Shown here: in pieces, positions 1-9,424 of the stretch
Position numbering within the stretch: the first letter of the stretch is position 1
Layout: every line of letters starts with the position of its first letter
Assembly: GCA_963744145.1 (NCBI GenBank)
Contig: CAVUSO010000001.1
Span: 3,488,001 to 3,552,000, forward strand
Length of the DNA: 64,000 nt
Source: an uncultured cyanobacterium
Lineage (GTDB): Bacteria > Cyanobacteriota > Cyanobacteriia > Cyanobacteriales > CAWUOF01
Direction of reading: 5' to 3'
Notes under the pieces: generated by a model
The model's database searches: none
What the model saw: the letters and a program-made list of their open reading frames with translations, nothing else
Told to the model about the DNA's origin: nothing
Made by a program: the position numbers and the translations under genes

Positions 1-66
1 TTTGGTACATTTTGATACAGCCGATGCTCAATTAAGTCAAAAATCTATTGAATTTCCTCTGAAAAT

Positions 67-1330
67 ATGGAAGATTGGCATTTTACTCCCCCCCCTATTT
101 CGGATTTGGGCGATCGCGAGGTTCCTCTAGTGGGTGAACATTTACGGGGAAAACGGGTTGCTCTGTTAATTACTGGTGGGATTGCAGCGATGAAAGTCCC
201 ACTTTTAGCTCGCGCACTGCGTAAACAAGGTGCAGATGTAGTAGCTTTTACTTCTGAAGCAGCACTCCGTTATACGACGATTGATGCTTTAGAATGGAGT
301 ACCACTAATCAAGTTGTCACTCAACTTACTGCTGCTGCTGAACATTTGAGCGATCGCGATCCTTTTCATGTTTATCTGCTAGCACCAGCAACTTATAATA
401 CAATTAATAAAATGGCTTTGGGTATTGCTGATGGTGTAATTACTTCTACTCTAGCATCGGCAATCGGACGGATGGAACAAGGAAAAACCAAAATTATTAT
501 TGCACCGACGATGCACGGTAGTTTACATAATTCAATTCTCACCGAGTCTTTGCAAAAATTACACCGCTTGGGAATTAAAATTATCCCCCCAAGGGAAGAT
601 TATGGTAAACATAATCTTCCCAGTGAAGAAGTAATTGTAACTGAAGTTTGTCGATCTGTGAGTCTGTCTCTCCTCCGGGATGTTGCTATATTGGTGACGG
701 GAGCGACCTACTCCTGTTCCGATTGATGGGATGCGTAGAATTACTAATCGCTTTACTGGGAAATTAGGGATGAATATAAGTTCTGAGCTGTTTTTAAGAG
801 GTGCCCAGGTCAAACTAATTCAAGGTGATAGTGGTTATTCAGTCCCAGCTTATTTACCCGTTAAAATTGCTAGCACTTATGATGAATATCGCGCATTTGT
901 TAAAGCAGAATTATCCCAAAAACCCTATCATTTTGGCATATTTTCCGCAGCCGTAGCTGACTATAAACCAGAAATAGTTTTTCCTGGCAAAATTCCTAGT
1001 GGTGGGGTACTCCAAACCATAAAATTGGTGCCAACTGTCAAGGTAATTGATGAGGTAAAGGATAATTTTCCTGACCTGTATATGGTAACATTTAAGTATG
1101 AAGAAGGAGTTAGTCACGATGAATTGTTAGCGATCGCTTTAGCCAAAATTCAACGTGGTTATCCGACAATTGTCGCTAATCGTGGTGAAGAAACTGGTGT
1201 AAATGGTGAACAGATTGCTTATTTAATTACGGCTGAGGAAATATCACAGCCATTGGTAGGTAAACAAAATATTGCGATCGCGATCGCTAATCATTTAGAA
1301 AAAATTTGGCATCTCAGACAAGCAAACTGA
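67..1330 (+). pseudogene. coaBC: CoaBC-like phosphopantothenoylcysteine decarboxylase/ligase, split by a +1 frameshift near 704 (pseudogene or sequencing error)
   Basis: ORF 67-726 has flavoprotein motifs (ITGGIAA, APATYNTINK, APTMH). ORF 731-1330 has ligase motifs (RRITNRFTG, SAAVADY). Removing the C at 704 restores ...VTGGPTPVPIDGMRRITN. Confidence 0.8.
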
Positions 1331-1465
1331 AAATTTTCCGGTTATAGAGGTACAAAAAAGCCAGAAATTCTGCTAAAATCATCAGATAGCGACTGGCAAA
1401 TTAATGTCCAAAAGCTGGTAGCAAAAACTTGTTCAATTGTCGAAAAAATCTCCTGAAAAAATCCA

Positions 1466-2278
1466 TTGAAAACTCAAACCTCTCCTCTCCTCCCAGCAGT
1501 TTATATCGTCGGTGCGGGTCCGGGTGATCCAGAATTACTCACGGTGAAAGCTCAGAAAATTTTAGCCCAAGCAGATCTAATTTTATTTGCTGACTCCTTA
1601 GTACCAAAAGAAATTTTACAGGAAGTTCGTGCTGATGTCGAAATTATTCCGACCGGGAATAAAACCCTCGAAGAGATTTTACCGATGATGATCGCTCAAG
1701 TGCGATCGGGTAAATCAGTTGTTCGTCTCCACTCGGGAGATCCCTGTCTGTATGGTGCTGTATATGAACAAATCCAAGCTCTAGTAACAGCGGAAATTCC
1801 TTTTGAAATTATTCCTGGGATTAGTGCTTTTCAAGCCGCAGCCGCTAAACTGAAAGTAGAATTGACTGTACCAGGATTAGTCCAAACTATTATCCTAACT
1901 CGGATTAGTGGTCGGGCTTCATCAGTTCCCGAAACTGAAGAATTAGCTAGTTTAGCAGCTCATCAAGCTAGTCTTTGTCTTTATCTGAGCGCTCGTCATA
2001 TTGAAGATGCACAAGCTAAATTACTCCAACATTACCCAGCTAATACCCCAGTAGCAATTTGTTTTCGACTTGGTTGGTCAGATGAAAGAATTTTAGTTGT
2101 CCCCCTTGACAAAATTGCCACGGTTACACAATCGGAAAATTTAATCAGAACTACCCTCTATGTCATTAGTCCCGCTTTAGCGACCATTGAGACAAACACC
2201 ACCGCGCGATCGCGTCTTTATGATCCAGAATATAGTCATCTATTTCGTCTAGCGAGGAAAACTGCATCAGAATCTTGA
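1466..2278 (+). CDS. cobM: Precorrin-4 C11-methyltransferase
   Basis: VGAGPGDPELLTVKA, RLHSGDP, IPGISAF, QTIILTR, SRLYDP motifs; TTG start. Confidence 0.92.
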   Translation: MKTQTSPLLPAVYIVGAGPGDPELLTVKAQKILAQADLILFADSLVPKEILQEVRADVEIIPTGNKTLEEILPMMIAQVRSGKSVVRLHSGDPCLYGAVYEQIQALVTAEIPFEIIPGISAFQAAAAKLKVELTVPGLVQTIILTRISGRASSVPETEELASLAAHQASLCLYLSARHIEDAQAKLLQHYPANTPVAICFRLGWSDERILVVPLDKIATVTQSENLIRTTLYVISPALATIETNTTARSRLYDPEYSHLFRLARKTASES

Positions 2279-2315
2279 TACACTAACCAAATCAAAGACA
2301 ACAGGAGGTAAATTA

Positions 2316-2795
2316 GTGCTAGACGAACAAGCGAAGAAAACCTTGCTCCGCAAAATTCCCCACGGAGTATATATTTGTGGTGTTAAGGAAGGTGATGAAG
2401 TCAATGGATTTACTGCGACTTGGGTCATGCAAGCTTCCTTTAAACCTCCCTTGGTCGTCAATTGTGTGAAACAAGACTCGCGATCGCATGGTATGATCAA
2501 AGCTAGTGGTTTATTTGCGATTAGCTTTTTGGATGATAGTCAAAAAGAATTAGCGCAAAAATTCTTCCAACCACGTCGTAGAGTTGGGAATAGATTTGAA
2601 GATGTAGAATTTTATCTGGGAGAAACAGGTTGTCCGATTATTTCAGAAGCGCTCGGATACATAGAATGTAAAGTAGTCGGAGTAGTTGAACAAGGTGATC
2701 ACACTGTTTATGTGGGTGAAGTAATTGCTGCTGGAGTTCATCGAGATGCTAATCCATTGATTCTAGAAAGCACTGGTTGGCAATATGGTGGTTAA
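2316..2795 (+). CDS. Flavin reductase family protein
   Basis: ATWVMQASFKPP and GDHTVYVGEV motifs; GGAGG RBS upstream. Confidence 0.88.
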   Translation: MLDEQAKKTLLRKIPHGVYICGVKEGDEVNGFTATWVMQASFKPPLVVNCVKQDSRSHGMIKASGLFAISFLDDSQKELAQKFFQPRRRVGNRFEDVEFYLGETGCPIISEALGYIECKVVGVVEQGDHTVYVGEVIAAGVHRDANPLILESTGWQYGG

Positions 2796-2819
2796 TCAAC
2801 AATAATCAAGAACTAAATT

Positions 2820-3170
2820 ATGCCTCTAATCAAAATTCAAACTTCTATTACTGCACCGGAAAAATCCACGGTTGAAGCACTTTTGAAAAATCTTTCGGCG
2901 AAATTAGCTAAACATTTAGGAAAGCCAGAATCTTATGTGATGACTGCTTTTGACCCTGATGTAGCTATGACTTTTGCTGGTACATTAGACCCTGTTTGTT
3001 ACATAGAAATCAAAAGTATTGGCACTATGAGTCCGACTCAAACTAAGTCAATGAGTCAAGACTTTTGTGCAGAAATTACGGAAAAATTGGGCGTACCATC
3101 TAATCGTATTTATATCGAGTTTGCTGATGCAACAGGTGCGATGTGGGGTTGGAATGGAGGTACTTTTTAA
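2820..3170 (+). CDS. MIF / phenylpyruvate tautomerase family protein
   Basis: N-terminal Pro (MPLI), LGKPESYVM, C-terminal WGWNGGTF. Confidence 0.9.
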   Translation: MPLIKIQTSITAPEKSTVEALLKNLSAKLAKHLGKPESYVMTAFDPDVAMTFAGTLDPVCYIEIKSIGTMSPTQTKSMSQDFCAEITEKLGVPSNRIYIEFADATGAMWGWNGGTF

Positions 3171-3234
3171 GGTTTAATAAATTCCCCCCTAGGTAAAAAG
3201 CAGGGTTTTTTCCTGTTCGATACTCGCATTATTA

Positions 3235-3275
3235 GACCTAACCCCCCAACCCCCTTCCCTACTAGGGAAGGGGGA
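3235..3275. repeat. REP-like palindromic dispersed repeat (GC-rich hairpin)
   Basis: CCCCCTTCCCT-ACT-AGGGAAGGGGG hairpin at 3250-3274; leader GACCTAACCCCCCAA recurs inverted at 55264-55278. Confidence 0.75.
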
Positions 3276-3377
3276 GTAATTAAGATGGCTGTTTTGTGCT
3301 AGTAACGTGGTAAGAAGCTTTCAGGACATCACAGCTACCTTAAATAAGATAACAGCTCCACATCGATCATCGCGATA

Positions 3378-3386
3378 TGCTATAAT
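3378..3386 (+). promoter_or_regulatory. Extended -10 promoter (TGcTATAAT)
   Basis: Perfect TATAAT preceded by TGn, just upstream of the candidate structured RNA. Confidence 0.6.
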
Positions 3387-3392
3387 TTTGAT

Positions 3393-3800
3393 CGGATCAC
3401 CTCTAATCGCCGAATATGTGGACAAATATGGACTAAACGACCTTAATCAAAAAAAAGAACACCTTTGCGCTTCAAAAGTGGTGATTCTCTCTGGCATATC
3501 TGCTGGCATTACAGATAGAAGCTACGATATTGTTCTTTTCAGACCCGCCTCGATATGGCGTTTAAAACTCTGATTACTCAGGTAATTTTTTCCTCGTCAA
3601 TGTTACTTAGGCTTGTTCGGCTCAACTCACTTCCTTAGCTAAATAGGGATGTTTAAAGTTGAACGGCAGAGCTACAAGCTGGAAAGCACAAGGCAGGTGC
3701 CATGACCTAAATAATGTAGTCCGGTTAAGAACTAAGACTGGCCATCTCTACACTTTATGTACTGGTTGTCCAGATATGTCCAGTGTTTAGCGGATAGCGA
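3393..3800 (+). ncRNA. Candidate large structured non-coding RNA (family not recognised)
   Basis: 3408-3433 pairs with 3768-3792 (about 25-bp stem with G-U pairs and mismatches); several internal hairpins; upstream promoter; no convincing ORF. Confidence 0.55.
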
Positions 3801-3814
3801 TCGAGGATATAAGA

Positions 3815-4417
3815 TTGAGTTACTACCGACAACAACATCAGGTTTTTCCTGCTTCCTACCTTGCTGATCTCCAAGGGGAAATACTGTCTTGTCCTTATTT
3901 TACGGTCAACAACCTTAATCGGGATTTTGTTGGTACAAAAGGTTTTTCTATTGTATTTCACCGTGGTGCTATCAGTCAAGTCGAACAACGCTTTCCTTTT
4001 TTTAAACCTTACCTAACAGTTGCACTACAACCAAACTGTAATGCTTTTTATCTCAATCCTTTGTGGTTAAAAACAGGTTCTCGTGTTGATCCTCACATCG
4101 ATCGCAGTTTGAGATCCTATTGCAAAAATATCGATCCACCCTTATGGGTTAGTGTCTTATATGTTCAAGTTCCCCCACAACTAGAAGGAGGAGAGTTAAT
4201 CTTAAAAAATGGTAAACGTCAAGTTGGACAAATTCGTCCAAAAATTAACACCCTAATTTGCTTTCAAGGTGATTTAACTCATTCCGTTAATCAAGTCACC
4301 AGTCAGGGAAATCGTCTTAGCTTGGTTTGCGAACAATATAGTCTTACTCCTGAAGAACTTGAGGAAATACCCGAATTCAGGATTGAATCTAGATCAGTTA
4401 AATCTGTTCGCTCTTAA
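3815..4417 (+). CDS. 2OG-Fe(II) oxygenase superfamily protein
   Basis: HxD (PHID), LYV...GGEL, distal H (LTHSV) and RLS motifs; TTG start. Confidence 0.85.
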   Translation: MSYYRQQHQVFPASYLADLQGEILSCPYFTVNNLNRDFVGTKGFSIVFHRGAISQVEQRFPFFKPYLTVALQPNCNAFYLNPLWLKTGSRVDPHIDRSLRSYCKNIDPPLWVSVLYVQVPPQLEGGELILKNGKRQVGQIRPKINTLICFQGDLTHSVNQVTSQGNRLSLVCEQYSLTPEELEEIPEFRIESRSVKSVRS

Positions 4418-4584
4418 TGTTAATCATAACCAAGATCAAATTGGGGTGGATCAAGTTAAAACCCCTAACTAAGAAATGCGATCGCACAAGTGATTTTAGT
4501 CAAATTTATACTCACACTCAGGACAATTTTTCGTCAAGCCAGGGTGAGGAGCAATAGCAATAATTTATTTTCAGTAGTCAATCC

Positions 4585-4908
4585 TTATGCAAATTGCAAG
4601 TTGAACCCACTATTTTGAAAATTTGTCCATTCATATTCCCAGGATGCTGTACAGAAATTGTCATCAGCATCGGAAAATTCTTCCACTACTTCATCAAAGT
4701 TTGCTAACAGCTCTGCATATTCAGGAGAAAAAATTTCCAAATCTTCAATACCCAGATCACTATAAGAATTACTAGATTGTGCCAGTTGCTCACTGGTTGT
4801 CACGAGGTTCGCTAATAGCTCCTCATAATCAGTATCAAAAACTTCTATATCGCAGATGGCAGTAAGGGGGTCGTTAACAATACCGGGGAAAAGATTAGCT
4901 AGAAGCAT
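4585..4908 (-). CDS. Hypothetical acidic protein
   Basis: 107-aa ORF, ATG start, strongly Asp/Glu-rich. Confidence 0.55.
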   Translation of the reverse strand: MLLANLFPGIVNDPLTAICDIEVFDTDYEELLANLVTTSEQLAQSSNSYSDLGIEDLEIFSPEYAELLANFDEVVEEFSDADDNFCTASWEYEWTNFQNSGFNLQFA

Positions 4909-5101
4909 GGGAGGTTACCTGAACTCGATATTTTTATTATTACCTATTTTTCTCGATTTGGTACGTGAGAATACTGATGATTTTTTGTGATTTGCGTCAT
5001 ATAGCCCCGATTGTTGAGGCTGATTAGGGGACATAACCGAAAATACTCATGCGATCGCGCTTAATGTAAAGTTTTATGTAGTTTTGTCCCATTGAGAGTC
5101 G

Positions 5102-5192
5102 GGCGTTGCTTAATCAGGGTATAAAAATCAATCGGGGCGTATGGCCATACGCCCCTACAAATTATTTATTCATACCGTAAATCAGCAACGCC
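5102..5192. mobile_element. MITE-like small dispersed repeat with terminal inverted repeats and internal REP hairpin
   Basis: GGCGTTGCTTAATCAGGGTAT...ATACCGTAAATCAGCAACGCC ends enclosing GGGGCGTATGGCCATACGCCCC; inverted relative at 54962-55074; half copy at 16652-16672. Confidence 0.75.
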
Positions 5193-6101
5193 GTAATTAG
5201 TAATTAACAGTTCCGTAATTTTTCCTCTTTTTTGTCCATCACAATTAATTGCTCTACTTGCCGAAACTTTGAAAATATTGTAACCTATATATGCCTTTTC
5301 AAAAAAAATATCATCAGAATTTTCATTAGTAGGGTCTGAATTAGAAAGCATTAACTTGGCTTTTTTTTCTCGATCTAATTTTTGAAAAAAAATAGCTAAT
5401 TGAAGTTGTTGTTTATCCGTAAATCCTGCTCCTATATAAGTTGTAAAACTTGCGGTTTGACTAATGGGTCTGTAAGGTGGGTCAAGATAGACAAAAGTAT
5501 TTTCTGAAACTTGATCAAAACAAGCAGAATAATCAGCATAAACAATCTCTGCCTTTTGTAAAACTCTGTGAACAGCTAAAATGTTAGCTTCATCAAAAAT
5601 CTTAGCTGTTTTATATTTGCCAAAAGGTACATTAAACTCACCTTTTGAGTTTAAACGGAATAACCCATTAAAACAAGTTTTATTCAGAAAAATAAATTGT
5701 GCAGCTCTAGTAACCCAATTATCCGATAATTTTTTATAATTTATTTCAAATCTTTGGAGATTAAAATGTTGCCGAACTGCTAAAAATAAATTATTGCGGT
5801 TTTCTGGTACTGTTTGGTTATATTCTTCTTGATATTGTTCTAAAAAATTCAGGAGATGATGAGGTTTTTTTTTAATTACCTGATAAGTCAAAATTAAATC
5901 TTTATTCAAATCTGATAAATAAGCAGTTTCAATTTTATCACTCAAAGCAAAAAATAAAGCACCTCCACCTAAAAAAGGTTCAACATAATTCTTAATTACT
6001 CCTTCCTGAAGTTCCTTTGGATAGTAATTTTCCAATTGTTCTAATAATTGGTTTTTTCCTCCTGCCCACTTGATAAAAGGTTTAGCTTTTATTTCGATCA
6101 T
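5166..6101 (-). CDS. Dam/DpnII-family DNA adenine methyltransferase
   Basis: KWAGGK, EPFLGGGA, FNGLFRLN, DPPY motifs; start could be 6134. Confidence 0.92.
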   Translation of the reverse strand: MIEIKAKPFIKWAGGKNQLLEQLENYYPKELQEGVIKNYVEPFLGGGALFFALSDKIETAYLSDLNKDLILTYQVIKKKPHHLLNFLEQYQEEYNQTVPENRNNLFLAVRQHFNLQRFEINYKKLSDNWVTRAAQFIFLNKTCFNGLFRLNSKGEFNVPFGKYKTAKIFDEANILAVHRVLQKAEIVYADYSACFDQVSENTFVYLDPPYRPISQTASFTTYIGAGFTDKQQLQLAIFFQKLDREKKAKLMLSNSDPTNENSDDIFFEKAYIGYNIFKVSASRAINCDGQKRGKITELLITNYGVADLRYE

Positions 6102-6431
6102 TTTTTTAATTTTTATTGACCTGGTTATTGACATGGTTATTGGATTAAAAAGGGATTTACATATTATAGCAATCTATAAGTATATCAGTTTTTTTTAAAT
6201 TTATACTAAGCTGTTGTGTATTTAGATTGAGATGATTCAATATAGGGCCACACATAGAGAAATGATCCAGAGAGTTACAGGAGTGAAGGCGATCGCCCCC
6301 CAAGACATCCAAATATTGGCTACAAGACACAAGTGCAGGGTTAAATGCGATCGCTCCCACTAAACAGCGAACTCTACCAAAATTACCCGTCATTGGGCTG
6401 TCAAGAGAATTTTGCAATGTTTCTATAATGT

Positions 6432-6720
6432 TGGGATAATGAAACGTAACATCTGAATGGTAAAAACTCCATAACTTGACAGGAGATGAATTATCTGCCC
6501 AGTATAAAGTAAACTTAGAAAGTTATTTTGAATATAAAAACAGGCCAAAAGACAGAAGAAATTATCAAAAATGTACGGTTGCGTTTAGCTTGGCTTTGCC
6601 AGCAATAATTGACCAATTCTTCAGAGAATGGCAAGAAAACCTCCCCGAACTCACGGACTTTCAAAAACAACAACTAGACCAGATCAAAGCGGGTTTTTTC
6701 AATTTATTAGAACATCCACC
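6432..6720 (+). pseudogene. Collapsed mosaic copy of the 9.2-13.2 kb locus (BrnA-like, CHAT C-terminus and HsdR-N-like fragments)
   Basis: 6432-6468 resembles 9281-9316; 6467-6605 resembles 12776-12916; 6610-6720 matches 13076-13186. Confidence 0.85.
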
Positions 6721-6783
6721 CCTGGTTGTCCTGTCAGGTTTAATACTTCACCATGTTTAGGATTAAGATTTGATAGCGATCAC

Positions 6784-6855
6784 TACTCATTTAGACAGAG
6801 AAGACAGCGCGATCGCTATAAGCGGAGGTTGAGTATTGTTAAAAAACAGACATGA
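6784..6855. repeat. HIP1-containing dispersed repeat, copy 1 of 3
   Basis: TACYCATTTAGACAGA...GCGATCGC; related copies at 15691-15763 and 17625-17660. Confidence 0.7.
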
Positions 6856-7127
6856 GCCAAGTAACAGGGTTGGCGATCGCAATGTTAAGATTATTAACAT
6901 CCCTAAGCTAACCCTTCGCAAGATTTGGGAATATTTGACTAAGTTGGTAAGAATTAGAAGGTTTTGGCTGATCGACCGGGACTGCTGTTTAAGTGGATGC
7001 TAGGTGATTTATTGGTGGCTACTTTGGATAGGATGGTGAGGGATAGAGATGCAGCGATCGCGTTTTTGGGTTTACGTTATCCGCGATCGCGATCGAAAAC
7101 AAAACCCACCTACGCGGGTTGAAATTT

Positions 7128-7769
7128 TTATGCCGATACATCCCTTCCTCGACCAATTTTTGCGGAACAGCAAATAGAGGGAACCTTGCAATAGCGACAT
7201 TCCCAATCGCTAGGTTTTGGGTTGGGAGGTTGAGAATTGCAAAGCATGGCAATTAACTGCTGCAAACGCTGTCTAAATTGCTCATTAACAGACCATTTGG
7301 GAATATCTAAAATGTGATTTGGATAAACTAAGCGGCCATGCGGAATGTGACCTTTAAACAAATGTTTGGTTTCGGGTGCAAAGGGCAATATTGACATATA
7401 GAGAAGCATTTGCATTTTATGGGAATCTTTGAGTTTCCCTGTTTTGATATCTTCGACAACGACCCAATCATCTTTGATCGCAATAATATCAGGTCTGCCA
7501 GCAACACAGATGTCAAAGGTTTGACCTTGATATTTGAAGGAGTTTTGATTTTCGACATAGACAGTGAAATCTTCATTTTGTAATTGTAATGCTCGTTGAA
7601 TCAGCATTTCCTCATGTTCTGAGGGGTCAAAGGTACTCGGTTGTTTTTCAAATTGATAGTGTGTTAGTTTCCATAATGCGTGTAGGCAATCTTTTTCGTT
7701 TGCTAGAAGTTGGGCAATCCCTGTTACAGTGGCGTAAAGATTTCGTCTTTTTTGCGCTTGTGTAGGCAT
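7128..7769 (-). CDS. Solo Cas4-like PD-(D/E)XK nuclease with Fe-S cysteines
   Basis: GRPD...EDIKTG...QMLLY core; one N-terminal Cys and C-terminal CRYC-x5-C. Confidence 0.75.
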   Translation of the reverse strand: MPTQAQKRRNLYATVTGIAQLLANEKDCLHALWKLTHYQFEKQPSTFDPSEHEEMLIQRALQLQNEDFTVYVENQNSFKYQGQTFDICVAGRPDIIAIKDDWVVVEDIKTGKLKDSHKMQMLLYMSILPFAPETKHLFKGHIPHGRLVYPNHILDIPKWSVNEQFRQRLQQLIAMLCNSQPPNPKPSDWECRYCKVPSICCSAKIGRGRDVSA

Positions 7770-8005
7770 ATTTTTTAGAGATGTGTTTAGGATGTATTTA
7801 CCATGACACCCACTCCCAAATGATGTCTAGTTAATTTCATATAATTATTTGTAAAAATAAATGATGATTTTGACTAATTAAATGATTTTAAATGATCCCA
7901 AATTATAGTAAATAATTTTAAATAATGACTTAGCATTAAGGAGTTGTCAGCTAGATATAAGCTTGCTAAGATAAGTATATAAAGCTAAGATTAGGTAGTT
8001 GATAG

Positions 8006-8965
8006 ATGAAGATCAAGCAAAATTTTCAAAACCAAATCGCTGAATTACTGTTTGGTAACAATCTGAGTGAGGAGAAAGTTTGTTTCCTTGAGCGATTTGC
8101 CCCGGAGAATCACCCGAATAACAGAAAACGCACTCATAAAGAAATTGCTAAACTGATGAAAAAAGTTTTAACAGTTTATTGTGAAGAGAAAATAAATCAA
8201 ACTATTCGGAAGGTGATTGAGGTAGTTCATAAAGCCTACGAAGAAGAAATGAAAGCGGATCGCGTAAATACTGAGGCGTTGTTAAATCTCCAACCAGGGG
8301 GGACACTTAAAGTAAAAGAGGATGAAGAAAGTCACAAAAAGTTTAGTCCTTGGCAAAAGGTTTATAGCTGGCTTTGGAATCACAAATATCTGCGGTGGCT
8401 TGAGGTGAATAGCTGGAAAATATTGCAGGAAAATGCTAAATCACCTCCCAATTGGCTACAATTTTTAACAAAAGAAGAAATGGCATCGGTACAAAGAGGC
8501 ACTAGAGCCTTAATTATCCCACCGCCACCACCTTCGGTACATAAAATCACGCCCAGTATTCCTGCAAATGAGTCGCTTTGGATAGTAATTAATTTGGCAT
8601 TCAAGAAGTATCAATTGCTGTTATTAAATTGCAGCCAACAGGGGCAAGCTTTGCTCTGTCCATCTGCCGCTTATGCGCCGAATTCTCTGATCGAAAAATC
8701 GCCGATTTTGTTACCTCAAAAAGATGCTTGGGCGGGTAAGACGGAGGAAAAATTTATCTTTGGAGAAGCAGGAAAGGAGGAATTTTTAGCAATTGCGTTG
8801 GAGAATCCTGTGAATTTAGCCTGGTTGACTCCCCGTGAAGAGGAAGCGTTACCAGAATGGAATGCGGAACGGATTAAGGAGTTATTTGAACAGTTGGAAA
8901 AACAGGAAAAATGGCACGTTTTTTATCAAAATTTTGAGGTTGTGGAACAAAAAAAAGAAGCCTAG
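8006..8965 (+). CDS. Hypothetical protein with N-terminal HTH-like region and C-terminal DUF4384-like domain
   Basis: RTHKEIAKLM HTH-like segment; LLLLN...LLCPS...LPQ...GKEEFLAI pattern. Confidence 0.55.
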   Translation: MKIKQNFQNQIAELLFGNNLSEEKVCFLERFAPENHPNNRKRTHKEIAKLMKKVLTVYCEEKINQTIRKVIEVVHKAYEEEMKADRVNTEALLNLQPGGTLKVKEDEESHKKFSPWQKVYSWLWNHKYLRWLEVNSWKILQENAKSPPNWLQFLTKEEMASVQRGTRALIIPPPPPSVHKITPSIPANESLWIVINLAFKKYQLLLLNCSQQGQALLCPSAAYAPNSLIEKSPILLPQKDAWAGKTEEKFIFGEAGKEEFLAIALENPVNLAWLTPREEEALPEWNAERIKELFEQLEKQEKWHVFYQNFEVVEQKKEA

Positions 8966-9155
8966 AAACCGGGTTTCTAAATCTGCTTTCAACTTGCTAT
9001 GATGATTTTATCTTCTCATTGTAATAGCGATCGCAATCGTTTGTAGTAAGGGCTGTCTTCCCCCTTAACCCATTGACGGCTTATTATAGCTAGTGAGTTG
9101 GGTTTAAGGACAGCATAGGTGTAGCCAATGAAAAGCCATAAACCTAGTTTCTCAC

Positions 9156-9356
9156 CTACTCAATGCTTTGAATTAACTTAATGTTATTTCTCAGCCATTC
9201 ATTGACCAAAACCTGAACCTCAATCTGTTTATGTTCAGCAATTTTTGTAATAAATTTCTCGACATCTGGTTCGAGATAAATGGGATAATGAAACGTAGCA
9301 TCTGGATGGTAAAACTTGCCTTGCTCTGCTTGGGAAAAGTCATACTCTGATTTCAT
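9156..9356 (-). CDS. BrnA/CopG-like antitoxin (orphan)
   Basis: MKSEYDFSQA..GKF...IYLEPDV...LVNEWLR pattern; GAGG RBS; no toxin gene upstream. Confidence 0.7.
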   Translation of the reverse strand: MKSEYDFSQAEQGKFYHPDATFHYPIYLEPDVEKFITKIAEHKQIEVQVLVNEWLRNNIKLIQSIE

Positions 9357-9424
9357 AATTGCCTCTTTGGAGTTTACTCTGTTCTTCATTATAGATTGTT
9401 AAGTGATAAGAAAGAAAAACAACA

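Noticed and set aside
3307..3573. 88-aa ORF overlapping the candidate RNA
   Set aside because: GTG start, no recognisable motifs, and it spans the promoter; probably spurious
3393..3800. Retron msr-msd, tmRNA or intron interpretation of the structured region
   Set aside because: No reverse transcriptase nearby, no tRNA-like ends or tag peptide, and no recognisable intron core motifs
6200..9400. CRISPR array near the Cas4-like gene
   Set aside because: No regularly spaced 25-40 bp direct repeats with unique spacers seen here or elsewhere in the window
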